Of a stretch of DNA of 64,000 nt, positions 55,411 through 64,000 are shown piece by piece (within the stretch, counting starts at the first letter, position 1; every line of letters starts with the position of its first letter). The DNA is from an uncultured Acidobacteriota bacterium (lineage in GTDB: Bacteria > Acidobacteriota > Vicinamibacteria > Fen-336), in the NCBI GenBank assembly GCA_963720545.1, contig OY970399.1:3424001-3488000 (forward strand). The letters run 5' to 3'. A program made the position numbers and the translations under genes. Below the pieces are notes generated by a model. It had not been told where the DNA came from. It saw only the letters and a list, made by a program, of their open reading frames with translations, and made no database searches.

Positions 55411-55468
55411 GCCTCGAATTTCAAGCGCTATGGACCCTGCCCTCGACCCGGAAAAAATCATCGGCGCT

Positions 55469-55798
55469 ATGACCAAGGCTGACCTCATCAATGTGGTCGC
55501 CAAGCGCCTCGACATCACCCAGGTGCAGTCCGGCATCATCGTCGAGGCGGCGCTGCGCAGCATCGTGCAGGCGCTGCAGCGCGGCGACGAGGTCGAGATC
55601 CGGGGCTTCGGCAGCTTCCGTTTCCGCAACCGCGCGCCGCGCAAGGGCCGCAACCCCAAGACCGGCGAGAAGGTCGACGTGCCGCCCAAGCGCATCCCGT
55701 ACTTCAAGATGGGCAAGGAGTTGAAGGCTTTGCTCAACGAGAGCGCCCCGGCCGCAGAGCCGGTTGCCGCGGCCACCGGCACCGCGGGCGACGTCTAG
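55469..55798 (+). CDS. ihfB: Integration host factor beta / HU-family DNA-binding protein
   Basis: MTKADLI, EIRGFGSF, GRNPKTGE, PYFKMGKELK. Confidence 0.88.
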   Translation: MTKADLINVVAKRLDITQVQSGIIVEAALRSIVQALQRGDEVEIRGFGSFRFRNRAPRKGRNPKTGEKVDVPPKRIPYFKMGKELKALLNESAPAAEPVAAATGTAGDV

Positions 55799-55834
55799 CG
55801 CCGCGCGCGCCCTAGCGGGCCGCGACTGCCGCCG

Positions 55835-56536
55835 ATGATCCGGGGACTCCTCGCCGTCGTGATCGTCGGCCTTTACATGCTCGTCGGCGGCTGCATCGGC
55901 TACCTGCTGGCGCGGCTCTTCCGCTCGCCGCACCTTCTCTACGCGTTCGGCCGCTGCGGCGGGCGCCTGGCTCTGTGGCTCACCGGCATGAGGCTCGAGG
56001 TGCATGGCAAGGAAAAGCTCGGCGACCTGCGCAACACGGTGGTGATGGCGAACCACGAGAGCCTGGTGGACGCCGTCATCATGGCGCTCGTCCTGCCCGT
56101 CGACTTCAAGGCGGTGGTGAAGAAGGAGCTGTTCCGCTTTCCGTTCTTCGGCGCGTGCCTGCGCTACGCCGGCTTCATCGAGGTGGACCGCAAGGACCGC
56201 CGTCAGGCGACGCAGGCGATGACGCGTGCCTCAGCGGCGCTGCGCTCGGGGCAGTGCTTCATCATCTTTCCCGAGGGCACGCGCACGCGCACCGGCGAAC
56301 TCGGGCCGTTCAAGAAGGGCGGCTTCGTGGTGGCGAGCGAAGCGCGCAGCCGGATCCTGCCGATAGCGCTGGTCGGCGTGCGCAAGCTGATGCCGAGCGA
56401 CAGCTTCAGCGTCACGCCCGGCACCGTCCGCGCGGTGGTGCTCGAGGACGTGAGCGCCGCCGACTCGAGCTATGACGATCGCGAGGCGCTGGCGCAAGTC
56501 GTGCGCGGCCGCATCGCCGCGGCGCTCGCCGGCTGA
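55835..56536 (+). CDS. plsC: 1-acyl-sn-glycerol-3-phosphate acyltransferase
   Basis: NHESLVD (HX4D), FPEGTR, FKKGGF. Confidence 0.9.
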   Translation: MIRGLLAVVIVGLYMLVGGCIGYLLARLFRSPHLLYAFGRCGGRLALWLTGMRLEVHGKEKLGDLRNTVVMANHESLVDAVIMALVLPVDFKAVVKKELFRFPFFGACLRYAGFIEVDRKDRRQATQAMTRASAALRSGQCFIIFPEGTRTRTGELGPFKKGGFVVASEARSRILPIALVGVRKLMPSDSFSVTPGTVRAVVLEDVSAADSSYDDREALAQVVRGRIAAALAG

Positions 56537-56553
56537 ACGGCTGTGGTTTTTTT

Positions 56554-57105
56554 CTAGCGGCGCAGCGCCGGCTCGGCCTGGTCGAGCGGCTGGCCGGCAA
56601 TGTCCTTCGCGGAAAGGATTGGCGCCCGCAGCGGCCACGCGATGCCGATGCGCGGGTCGTTCCACAGCAGCGTGCGGTCCTCCGCGGCCGCGTACGGCCG
56701 CGTGCAGCCGTAGTGGACGAGCGCGGTCTCGCTGAGGACGGCGAAGCCGTGCGCGAAGCCTTCGGGTATCCACATCTGGCGGTGGTTCTCGGCGCTGAGG
56801 CGCTCGCCGTGCCACTTGCCGAAGGTGGCCGATTCGCGCCGCAGGTCCACGGCCACGTCGAACACCTCGCCTTCGAGCACCGAGACCAGCTTGCCCTGCC
56901 AGCCGGGGTGCTGGTAGTGCAGCCCGCGCAGCACGCCGCCGCGCGAACGCGAGACATTCGTCTGTACGAAACCAGCCGCGATGCCCACCGCCGCCAGGCT
57001 CTCGCTGTTGGCGAGCTCGAGGAAGCTGCCCCGGTCATCGGCGAAGACCCGCGGCGTCAGGATGCGCAAGCCGGCGATCGGCGTCGATTCGGCCTGCAGG
57101 CTCAT
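56554..57105 (-). CDS. rfbC: dTDP-4-dehydrorhamnose 3,5-epimerase
   Basis: [37 protein letters not shown] at 57105. Confidence 0.95.
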   Translation of the reverse strand: MSLQAESTPIAGLRILTPRVFADDRGSFLELANSESLAAVGIAAGFVQTNVSRSRGGVLRGLHYQHPGWQGKLVSVLEGEVFDVAVDLRRESATFGKWHGERLSAENHRQMWIPEGFAHGFAVLSETALVHYGCTRPYAAAEDRTLLWNDPRIGIAWPLRAPILSAKDIAGQPLDQAEPALRR

Positions 57106-57980
57106 TCCGGCTCGCCGCCCGCGTCGAGCAGGTCGCGCAGGTACTGGCCGTAGTCGTTCTCCATGTTGTCGGTGAGGGCGCGCAGGTGGTCGCGGCCGAT
57201 GAAGCCCATCTGGTAGGCGACTTCCTCGATGCACGCGACCTTGAGCCCCTGGCGTTCCTCGATCGCCTGGATGTAGTTGGAAGCCTGCACCAGCGACTGC
57301 TGCGTGCCGGTGTCGAGCCAGGCCACGCCGCGGCCGAGCTTCTCGACCGCCAGCTCGCGCCGCTGCAGGTAGGCGCGGTTGAGGTCGGTGATCTCGAGCT
57401 CGCCGCGCGCCGAGGGCGAGAGGCGGGCGGCTTCGTCGCACACCGTGCCGTCGTAGAAATAGAGGCCGGTGACGGCATAGCGCGACTTGGCGAGCCGCGG
57501 CTTCTCCTCGATGCCGACGGCGCGCCCCGCGGCGTCGAACTCGAGGACTCCGTAGCGCTCCGGGTCCTTGACGCGATAGGCGAACACGGTGGCGCCGCGG
57601 GTGCGCCGCGCCGCGGCCTGCAGCTGCTCCACCATGCCCTCGCCGTAGAAGATGTTGTCGCCGAGCACCAGCGCGCAGCCCGAGCCGGCCAGGAACTCGC
57701 GCGCGATCAGGAACGCCTGGGCGATGCCCTGCGGCTTCGGCTGTTCCGCGTAGCGCAGCGCGATGCCGACGCGCGAGCCGTCGCCGAGCAGCTCGTGGAA
57801 GCGCGGCAGGTCGCGCGGCGTCGAGATCACCAGGATCTCGCGGATGCCCGCGAGCATCAGCGTCGACAGCGGGTAGTAGATCATCGGCTTGTCGTACACG
57901 GGCAGCAGCTGCTTGCTGACCACGTTGGTGAGTGGCGCGAGGCGGGTGCCGGAGCCGCCGGCGAGCACGATGCCCTTCAT
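57102..57980 (-). CDS. rfbA: Glucose-1-phosphate thymidylyltransferase
   Basis: [47 protein letters not shown]. Confidence 0.97.
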   Translation of the reverse strand: MKGIVLAGGSGTRLAPLTNVVSKQLLPVYDKPMIYYPLSTLMLAGIREILVISTPRDLPRFHELLGDGSRVGIALRYAEQPKPQGIAQAFLIAREFLAGSGCALVLGDNIFYGEGMVEQLQAAARRTRGATVFAYRVKDPERYGVLEFDAAGRAVGIEEKPRLAKSRYAVTGLYFYDGTVCDEAARLSPSARGELEITDLNRAYLQRRELAVEKLGRGVAWLDTGTQQSLVQASNYIQAIEERQGLKVACIEEVAYQMGFIGRDHLRALTDNMENDYGQYLRDLLDAGGEPE

Positions 57981-59062
57981 GGCTGCGCCTTGCGGTTTGC
58001 GTAATTCGCCTCGACCCACGCGGCGTACCCGGAGCCGGCGCGCGTGGCGCCTTGCACCCAGGCGTCGTTCTCGAGATACCACGCGACCGTGCGCCGCAGG
58101 CCCTCGAGGAACGGCGTCTTTGGCCGGAAGCCCAGCTCGCGGGCGATCTTGGCGGCGTCGATCGCGTAGCGGCGGTCGTGCCCGGGACGGTCGACGACGT
58201 GCTCGATGAGCCCGGCGTGCGGCGCGCCGTTGGGTCGCACCTCGTCGAGGATGGCGCAGATGGCATTCACCACTTCGGCGTTCGTCTTCTCCGAGTCGCC
58301 GCCGACGTTGTAGGTCTCGCCGGGACGGCCCGAGCGCAGCACCGCCACGATCGCATGGCAGTGGTCCTCGACGTACAGCCAGTCGCGCACCTGGCCGCCG
58401 TCGCCGTAGACCGGCAGCGGCCTGGAGGCGGCGCCTTGCAGCGTCATCAGCGGGATCAGCTTTTCCGGATGCTGCCGAGGGCCGTAGTTGTTCGAGCAGT
58501 TCGTGGTGAGTGTCGGCAGCGCGAACGTGTGATGGTAGGCGCGCACCAGGTGATCGGCGGACGCCTTGCTCGCCGCGTAAGGCGAGTTGGGACGGTACGG
58601 CGTCTCCTCGGTGAAAGCCGGATCGCCGGGCCCGAGGCTGCCGTAGACCTCGTCGGTCGACACGTGCAGGAAGCGGAATCGCTGCTGCTCGAGGGCGCCG
58701 AGCTTGCGCCAATGCTCGAGCGCCGCGCGCAGCAGGCCGTGCGTGCCGACCACGTTGGTCGCGACGAACACCGCGGGGCCGAGGATGGAACGGTCGACGT
58801 GCGACTCGGCGGCGAAGTTGACGATTGCATCGGGGCGGTGGTGGGCCAGCAGGGCGCCGACGAGCGCCGCGTCGCCGATGTCGCCGTGCACGAACGCATG
58901 CTCCGGATCGGCACCCAGTTCGCTCAGGTTTTCGAGGCGGCCGGCGTAGGTGAGCAGGTCGAGGTTGACTATGCGGGCCCAGCCTGAGGCACGCGCCAGC
59001 CGCACGAAGTTGGAGCCGATGAAGCCGGCGCCCCCGGTCACGAGCCACGTGGGGGTCGTCAC
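57977..59062 (-). CDS. rfbB: dTDP-glucose 4,6-dehydratase
   Basis: [43 protein letters not shown]. Confidence 0.97.
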   Translation of the reverse strand: MTTPTWLVTGGAGFIGSNFVRLARASGWARIVNLDLLTYAGRLENLSELGADPEHAFVHGDIGDAALVGALLAHHRPDAIVNFAAESHVDRSILGPAVFVATNVVGTHGLLRAALEHWRKLGALEQQRFRFLHVSTDEVYGSLGPGDPAFTEETPYRPNSPYAASKASADHLVRAYHHTFALPTLTTNCSNNYGPRQHPEKLIPLMTLQGAASRPLPVYGDGGQVRDWLYVEDHCHAIVAVLRSGRPGETYNVGGDSEKTNAEVVNAICAILDEVRPNGAPHAGLIEHVVDRPGHDRRYAIDAAKIARELGFRPKTPFLEGLRRTVAWYLENDAWVQGATRAGSGYAAWVEANYANRKAQP

Positions 59063-59082
59063 GGCGGTATGTTACGCGAAGG

Positions 59083-59718
59083 TCAGTGCAGGCCGGTGAT
59101 CGTGCGCAGCTCGTCGAGCGACGCCGCCAGCACATCGGGCCGCGCCGCGCGCAGCGAGCCGCGGTTCGGGAAGCCGCCGTCGATGCCGACCGCGAACACT
59201 CCGGCGCCGCGCGCCATCTCGATGTCCTCGGGGCTGTCGCCGACGTACGCGGCCTCGGCCGGCCGGACCTTGAGTTGCTCGAGTGCCAGGCGCAGCCCTT
59301 CGGGATCGGGCTTCTTGCGCGTGATGTCGTCGCCGCACACCAGCGCGTCGAAGCGGGTGTCGAGGCGGTGGCGCGCCAGCTCGGGCTCGACGCGCACGCG
59401 CTCGCCGCTCGTCACGAGGCCCAGGCTCGCGCCGGCCGCGTCGAAGCCTTCGATGAGCGACAGGGCCCCCGGCCGCAGGCAGATGGTTTCGCTCGCCCAC
59501 AGTTCGAGGTAGCGCTGGTCGGTGCTGTGCCAGTGATCGCGGTGCAGGCCCAGCGCCGTGTACGTGCGTTCCCAGTTGGGAGAGTACGTCAGCTCGTGGA
59601 CGCCGCGGTCGAACGGGATGCCGCGCTCCGCGAACATGCGTTCGTAGACCCGGTAGCAGGCCTCCGCCGAATCGAGCAGCGTGCCGTCCCAGTCGAAGAG
59701 GAGAGCGCGGAACTTCAT
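59083..59718 (-). CDS. HAD-family hydrolase (phosphoglycolate phosphatase-like)
   Basis: [28 protein letters not shown] at 59718. Confidence 0.9.
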   Translation of the reverse strand: MKFRALLFDWDGTLLDSAEACYRVYERMFAERGIPFDRGVHELTYSPNWERTYTALGLHRDHWHSTDQRYLELWASETICLRPGALSLIEGFDAAGASLGLVTSGERVRVEPELARHRLDTRFDALVCGDDITRKKPDPEGLRLALEQLKVRPAEAAYVGDSPEDIEMARGAGVFAVGIDGGFPNRGSLRAARPDVLAASLDELRTITGLH

Positions 59719-59984
59719 CGGTGGAAGGCGAGCGTGGCGCTCAGGGCGAGCACCAGCAAGGCGCCGAGAGACAGCGCCGCGAACACGTAGTCTCGGCGGT
59801 GCAGCAGGCCGATCGTCAGCACAAGGACGCGCACTCCGGGGGTGACCATCAACAGCAGGATACCGGCATAGAGCAACGGCACGATGCTCGACAGAAGCCC
59901 GGCCGTGAGCAGGATCGCACTCGCCACCAGGCCGGTGGTGAGCAGGCGTTCGACGAAGGCTTCGAGCCGGCCGCCGACCTTCAT
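59715..59984 (-). CDS. DUF1634-like small membrane protein
   Basis: RLLTTG, GILLLMVTPGVRV, RRDYVFA; usual partner of TauE/SafE genes. Confidence 0.75.
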   Translation of the reverse strand: MKVGGRLEAFVERLLTTGLVASAILLTAGLLSSIVPLLYAGILLLMVTPGVRVLVLTIGLLHRRDYVFAALSLGALLVLALSATLAFHR

Positions 59985-60796
59985 CGCGCCGGGATCCGCA
60001 TCGCCATCTGCACCGCAACCCCAAGCAGCACAACGGCCATCAGGATCTTGAGCGCCTGCGGCTCCGACTTGTGCGCGAGGTGCGCGCCGGCGATGCTCGC
60101 CGGCAGCGCGCCCAGCGCCACGGCAGCGGTCGCCGGCAGCAGCACGTCGCCGCGCGCGAGGTAGAGGAATGCCGACGCCGAGGCTGTGACACCGATCATG
60201 AAGGTGCTGGTGGCGGTCGCGACCCTGATGGGGATGCCGCAGAAGGCGTTCAGGACCGGCACCTTGATGATGCCGCCACCGAGACCGAGCAGGCCGGAGA
60301 TGGCGCCCGCGAAGAGCGACGCCACCAGGCCCAGGCCAAGCCGCTTCGGCCGGTAGACGAAAGTGTTCTCGCCCTCGAGCAGCCGCCCGCCGAGGACGCC
60401 GGGATCCTGGTTGGCGTCGAGCACGTTGCGGCGGCGCGAGCGCAGCGCGACCACCACGCCCATCAGGAAGAGCGTCGCGGAGAACAGGATGTGGAGCGTG
60501 CGGCTCGAGAGCGACGCGGCGAGCAGGCCGCCCGAGATGCCGCCGATGCTCGTCGCCAGTTCGAGGAACAGGCCCAGGCGGATGTTGACGAGGCCGCGGC
60601 GCAGGCCGGCGGTGGCCGAGGCGGTGGCGGTGGCGATGACGCAGATGAGACTGGCAGCCACGGCGGAGCGGATGGGCAGCCCGAAGGCGAGGGTGAGGAG
60701 CGGCACCAGGAAGACACCGCCGCCGATGCCGAGCAGCGACCCGACGAGGCCGGTGGCGGCGCCCGTCAGGAAGTAAACCGGCAGGGAGCCGTCCAT
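59981..60796 (-). CDS. TauE/SafE-family sulfite exporter-like membrane protein
   Basis: GSLLGIGGGVFLVP, SGLLGLGGGIIKVP, ATSTFMIG; ATG at 60796. Confidence 0.9.
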   Translation of the reverse strand: MDGSLPVYFLTGAATGLVGSLLGIGGGVFLVPLLTLAFGLPIRSAVAASLICVIATATASATAGLRRGLVNIRLGLFLELATSIGGISGGLLAASLSSRTLHILFSATLFLMGVVVALRSRRRNVLDANQDPGVLGGRLLEGENTFVYRPKRLGLGLVASLFAGAISGLLGLGGGIIKVPVLNAFCGIPIRVATATSTFMIGVTASASAFLYLARGDVLLPATAAVALGALPASIAGAHLAHKSEPQALKILMAVVLLGVAVQMAMRIPAR

Positions 60797-60830
60797 GGGG
60801 CTCACAATGGTATCCCGATACAATGCGTCC

Positions 60831-62024
60831 GTGCTGGCCGACGCGTGGCGCGCTTGTGTGCTGGCACCCATCCTCCTGCTGCTGCCGGGCCTGGTGCTGG
60901 TGCGCGCGCCGTGGCCGGCGGTGCCTGCTCTCTCCATCGGGTTCTGGCTGCTGACCTGGCCTCTGCTTCCCGGCCACGGCACCGGCCGCGCGATGTTCGT
61001 GCAAGCGGCGCTCGGCGGGTTCGCGCTGCTCGCGCTGCTGCGCGTGGCGCAGCCGCGATTGTGGCAGCGGCCGCGCAATGCCGACTTGCTTGCCGGCGCC
61101 GGCGCACTACTGGCGCTGCTGCCGTTCTTCGTTGTGCCCGTGCCGCGAGCGCCCGACCTCAGCTTCGACGCGGCCGCCGCGCGGGTCGTCGCCTGGCATG
61201 ACGGCATGCCCGCGACCTTCGAGCCACTGATCCCGGGCGCCTCGTTTGCGAGCGACGCCCCCGGCTTCTCGTCCTTCGCAGCCGACTTCATCGCCCTCGC
61301 GCGCCTGGCGCCGCACCGCGCGGTGTTCGCCGTCCACCTGGCCGGACGCGCACTGTTGTTGTTGTCATTGTTCTTCGCCTTGCAGCGCGTGGCCGGCACG
61401 CCGCCGGCCGCAGCCGCTCGCGGCGCGCTTGCGGCGGTCGCCGTGGCCGCATGGGTGTTGCGCGCGCTCGTCGCGGCCGGCGGCGCCACCGAGTTGCAGG
61501 CGGCGTTCCTGTTGTTCGCGGCGGCGTTGCTGGTGAAGCGCACGCGGCGTGCGGCGAGCGTGGCGGGATGGTTCTTCGCCGTGTCGGCCCTGGCCGTGGC
61601 GCCGTCGGTGCGCGCGCTGGCCGCGTCCGCGGCGGTGGCTGTCGCAGCGGCGGTGCTGGCGACCGGCGTGGCGCGGGTAACCGCGAGGTTGCCGCCGCTT
61701 CCGACAGTGGCCGTGAACGCCGCGCTCATCCTGACGCTGGTGGCGACCGCGCGGTTCACCGAGCCTGCGTTCGCATCGCGCTTCCTGGGCATCGCGGGGT
61801 TCGCGCGCCGCAGCCTCGGCCCGTTCGACATCGTCTGCGCCGCGGAAGGAGCTCGCGACACGGACGCTCGCTGGCTGCCCGCGATTGCCGGCCTTGCGGT
61901 ACTGCCGCCGCCTCGGCCTGCCCATGGCGGCAGAGAGGTCGAGTCGTCGGCAAACCGGCGCGCGTGCGCTGCGCAGTACGACGCGCTGACGGCAGGCGCG
62001 TTGTGCGAGGCGCCGGCGCGCTGA
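60831..62024 (+). CDS. Polytopic Ala-rich hypothetical membrane protein
   Basis: Many hydrophobic helices; GTG at 60831 lies 6 nt after TACAAT; C-terminal DARWLPAIAG. Confidence 0.6.
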   Translation: MLADAWRACVLAPILLLLPGLVLVRAPWPAVPALSIGFWLLTWPLLPGHGTGRAMFVQAALGGFALLALLRVAQPRLWQRPRNADLLAGAGALLALLPFFVVPVPRAPDLSFDAAAARVVAWHDGMPATFEPLIPGASFASDAPGFSSFAADFIALARLAPHRAVFAVHLAGRALLLLSLFFALQRVAGTPPAAAARGALAAVAVAAWVLRALVAAGGATELQAAFLLFAAALLVKRTRRAASVAGWFFAVSALAVAPSVRALAASAAVAVAAAVLATGVARVTARLPPLPTVAVNAALILTLVATARFTEPAFASRFLGIAGFARRSLGPFDIVCAAEGARDTDARWLPAIAGLAVLPPPRPAHGGREVESSANRRACAAQYDALTAGALCEAPAR

Positions 62025-62039
62025 GCGAGCGCCTGGCCG

Positions 62040-62984
62040 TCAGTCCCGGTTCAGCTTCTCGTACCCGTGGCGCTCGCCGGCGGGGAGGTCGACGGGCGGC
62101 GGCGGTGCGGCGAACACCACCTGCGGGAACAGGCCGGTTTCATGGCCCTCGAAGTCGCGCGCCCACTCCTTGTGGTTGTAGACGCAGACCGGCAGGCAGA
62201 TGGAGCAGTACTGGTGCTTCGCGAAATACGGGAAGCAGCGGCCGGTGTCCACCTGGTAGCGGTCGTTGCCGAGGTGATCCTTGCCGGCCGCCGCGCTGCG
62301 CTCGTCGGGGATGGCACCCGGCGGGCAGTACTTGCGGCAGGCGCGGCAGGTGTCGCAGAACTTGGCGATGCCGGCGTCGATCGGATGGTCGATGGCGAGC
62401 GGCATCGAGGTGATGACGCTGCCCATGCGGAACAGGGGGCCGAGCCGCGGATGGATGATCGAGCCGTGGCGGCCCAGTTCGCCGAAGCCGGCCTTGAGGC
62501 CGATCGGCACGTGCAGCAGGTCGCTGTCGCCGATCGGGTGCTCGACCCGGCACGCCCAGCCGAGCGAGCGCACGTGGTCGGCGAGGCGGATGACGGCTTC
62601 GCCGAGCGTGAAGTAGACGCGCAGGCACTCGATCGCCGAGCGCTGCGACGGCACCACCTGGAATTCGCGCCACAGCATCCGCTGGCCCACCGCGATCGCG
62701 TACTTCTCGGGGACGGTGCGGCCGCGGTAGACGTCGCTCGCTTCGATCTCGCAGATGCCGACGATGTCGGCGCCGCAGGCGAGCGCCTGCTCCTTCACGT
62801 GCGCCGCCGCCGCGGCCGGCGAGGCAAACTCGCGGCGCTCCGCGGCCACCTCGCCGTCGAAGCGGGGATACTGCTCGTCGCGGATGCGGGCCAGGAGCGC
62901 GTCGACGTCGGCGATCTGGATCGAGCGGCCGCCGACCTGCGCATACCACTCGTCCCAGCGGAACGCGGGCGGCGAGGGCTTCAA
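62040..62984 (-). CDS. Reductive dehalogenase/QueG-superfamily protein with two 4Fe-4S motifs
   Basis: ALACGADIVGIC, AGFGELGRHG, GPLFRMGSVITSMPL, CDTCRACRKYCP, C-x9-CSICLPVC. Confidence 0.82.
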   Translation of the reverse strand: MKPSPPAFRWDEWYAQVGGRSIQIADVDALLARIRDEQYPRFDGEVAAERREFASPAAAAAHVKEQALACGADIVGICEIEASDVYRGRTVPEKYAIAVGQRMLWREFQVVPSQRSAIECLRVYFTLGEAVIRLADHVRSLGWACRVEHPIGDSDLLHVPIGLKAGFGELGRHGSIIHPRLGPLFRMGSVITSMPLAIDHPIDAGIAKFCDTCRACRKYCPPGAIPDERSAAAGKDHLGNDRYQVDTGRCFPYFAKHQYCSICLPVCVYNHKEWARDFEGHETGLFPQVVFAAPPPPVDLPAGERHGYEKLNRD

Positions 62985-64000
62985 CGCTCGCTCCGTTGCA
63001 CGAACACGCGGTAGACCGGCAGCCCGAGCGCCACCGCCAGCGCGCCGAGCGCCGATTCCAGCGGCCGACCCGCGGCGAACAGCGCCAGGATCACCGCGAT
63101 GCCGGCGAGGAAGACGAGCGGCGTCAGCGGATAGAAGGGTGCGGGCGCCGGGGCCTGTGGCCCGCGCCGCCGCAGCCGGAACAGGCCGGCGACGGTCAGG
63201 CCGAGAAACGCGACGGTCGCGAACACGAAGTAGGCGACGATTGCGTCGAAGCTGCCGGCCAGCGTGACCACGAGCGCCAGCGCCGTCTGCAGCAGGATCG
63301 CGCGCCGCGGGGCGTGCGTCGCCGGATCGATGTCACCCAGCCAGCGCGGCGCGGCGCCGTCCCGCGCCATCGCGTAGTAGAGGCGGGGCACCATCGTCAT
63401 GAACGCGACCATACTGGAAAAGACCGAGAGCAGGACGATCGCCGCCAGCGCCGCGCCGCCGCGCGGCCCGAACAGCACGCGTCCCACCTGCGCGGCGAAC
63501 GCCTCGGCGGTGTTCACCTGCTCGAGCGGCACGAGGTAGAGGAACACGGCGCTCGTCGCCACGTAGACGCCGGTGACGAGCAGCACGCCGAAACACAGCG
63601 CGCGCGGCAGCGTGCGCGCGGCGTCGCGCATCTCGCCGCCGAGCTTTGCGGCCTCCCACCAGCCGCCGAAGGAGAAGAACCCGGCAGCGACCGCGGCGGC
63701 GATGCCCGCGAACAGCGGTGGCGAGCCCGCGTGCCGCACCCACGGCTGCGCGAAATTTGCCCCGCTGCCGGCCGTGGACGCGAGCCCGGCTACGATCACC
63801 AGCACCAGCGCCGCGATCTTGGCGAAACCGAGGCCCTGCGCGATGGGTGCGGCCCAGCGGATACCGGCAGCGTTGGCGAGCGCCGTGACCACGATCGCAG
63901 CGACGGCCACCGCCTTCGGATCGGCGGCCGGCCACAACGCCGCGGTGTAAAGGCCGACGCCGGTGGCGAGCGCTGCCGTCAGGCCCGGGTCCATCACGAT
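62981..64000 (-). CDS. APC-family amino acid permease (5'-truncated by window edge)
   Basis: FSFGGWWEAAKLGGEMRD..RTLPRAL, PRLYYAMARDG, P.YPLTP. Confidence 0.9.
   Translation of the reverse strand: MVMDPGLTAALATGVGLYTAALWPAADPKAVAVAAIVVTALANAAGIRWAAPIAQGLGFAKIAALVLVIVAGLASTAGSGANFAQPWVRHAGSPPLFAGIAAAVAAGFFSFGGWWEAAKLGGEMRDAARTLPRALCFGVLLVTGVYVATSAVFLYLVPLEQVNTAEAFAAQVGRVLFGPRGGAALAAIVLLSVFSSMVAFMTMVPRLYYAMARDGAAPRWLGDIDPATHAPRRAILLQTALALVVTLAGSFDAIVAYFVFATVAFLGLTVAGLFRLRRRGPQAPAPAPFYPLTPLVFLAGIAVILALFAAGRPLESALGALAVALGLPVYRVFVQRSER

Noticed and set aside
1..64000. CRISPR array, rRNA, transposase, integrase, prophage or defence genes
   Set aside because: None recognised; intergenic gaps are all under ~260 nt with no regularly spaced repeats.

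Overview
High-GC, gene-dense bacterial chromosomal segment, most likely Acidobacteriota (Vicinamibacteria-like; inferred from gene content and order, not verified). About 65 CDSs and two tRNA-Leu genes. The left half is mostly core genes (pgpA-cinA-plsY-gpsA, ftsY-ribD-ribE-ribBA, ffh-rpsP-khpA-rimM-trmD-rplS-rnhB) interleaved with signalling genes: an ECF sigma + Ser/Thr kinase pair, an FHA-GAF adenylate cyclase, an HD-GYP and an EAL protein. It also holds an uncharacterised TPR/RodZ/J-domain/PP2C/FHA cluster whose internal promoter contains a GTTC-N7-GTTC (LexA-like) repeat. Two convergent tRNA-Leu genes (GAG at 35.0 kb, CAA at 53.5 kb) bracket an 18 kb accessory-looking block. Its right part is a lower-GC ~8 kb islet (TonB receptor, Tat-exported dipeptidase, CocE/NonD hydrolase, D-amino acid dehydrogenase, GntR) with its own promoter and palindromic operator. 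The right end carries carD, an IHF/HU gene, plsC, rfbBAC, and a minimal reductive-dehalogenase-like Fe-S protein coupled to an amino acid permease. Other notable signals: many apparent leaderless promoters, 18-nt spacers in the clear -35/-10 promoters, a glycosyltransferase-like CDS that is internally duplicated and ends inside a tRNA, and a DprE1/DprE2-like pair. No CRISPR array, rRNA, transposase or integrase was seen. All calls come from motif recognition by eye; no searches were run.
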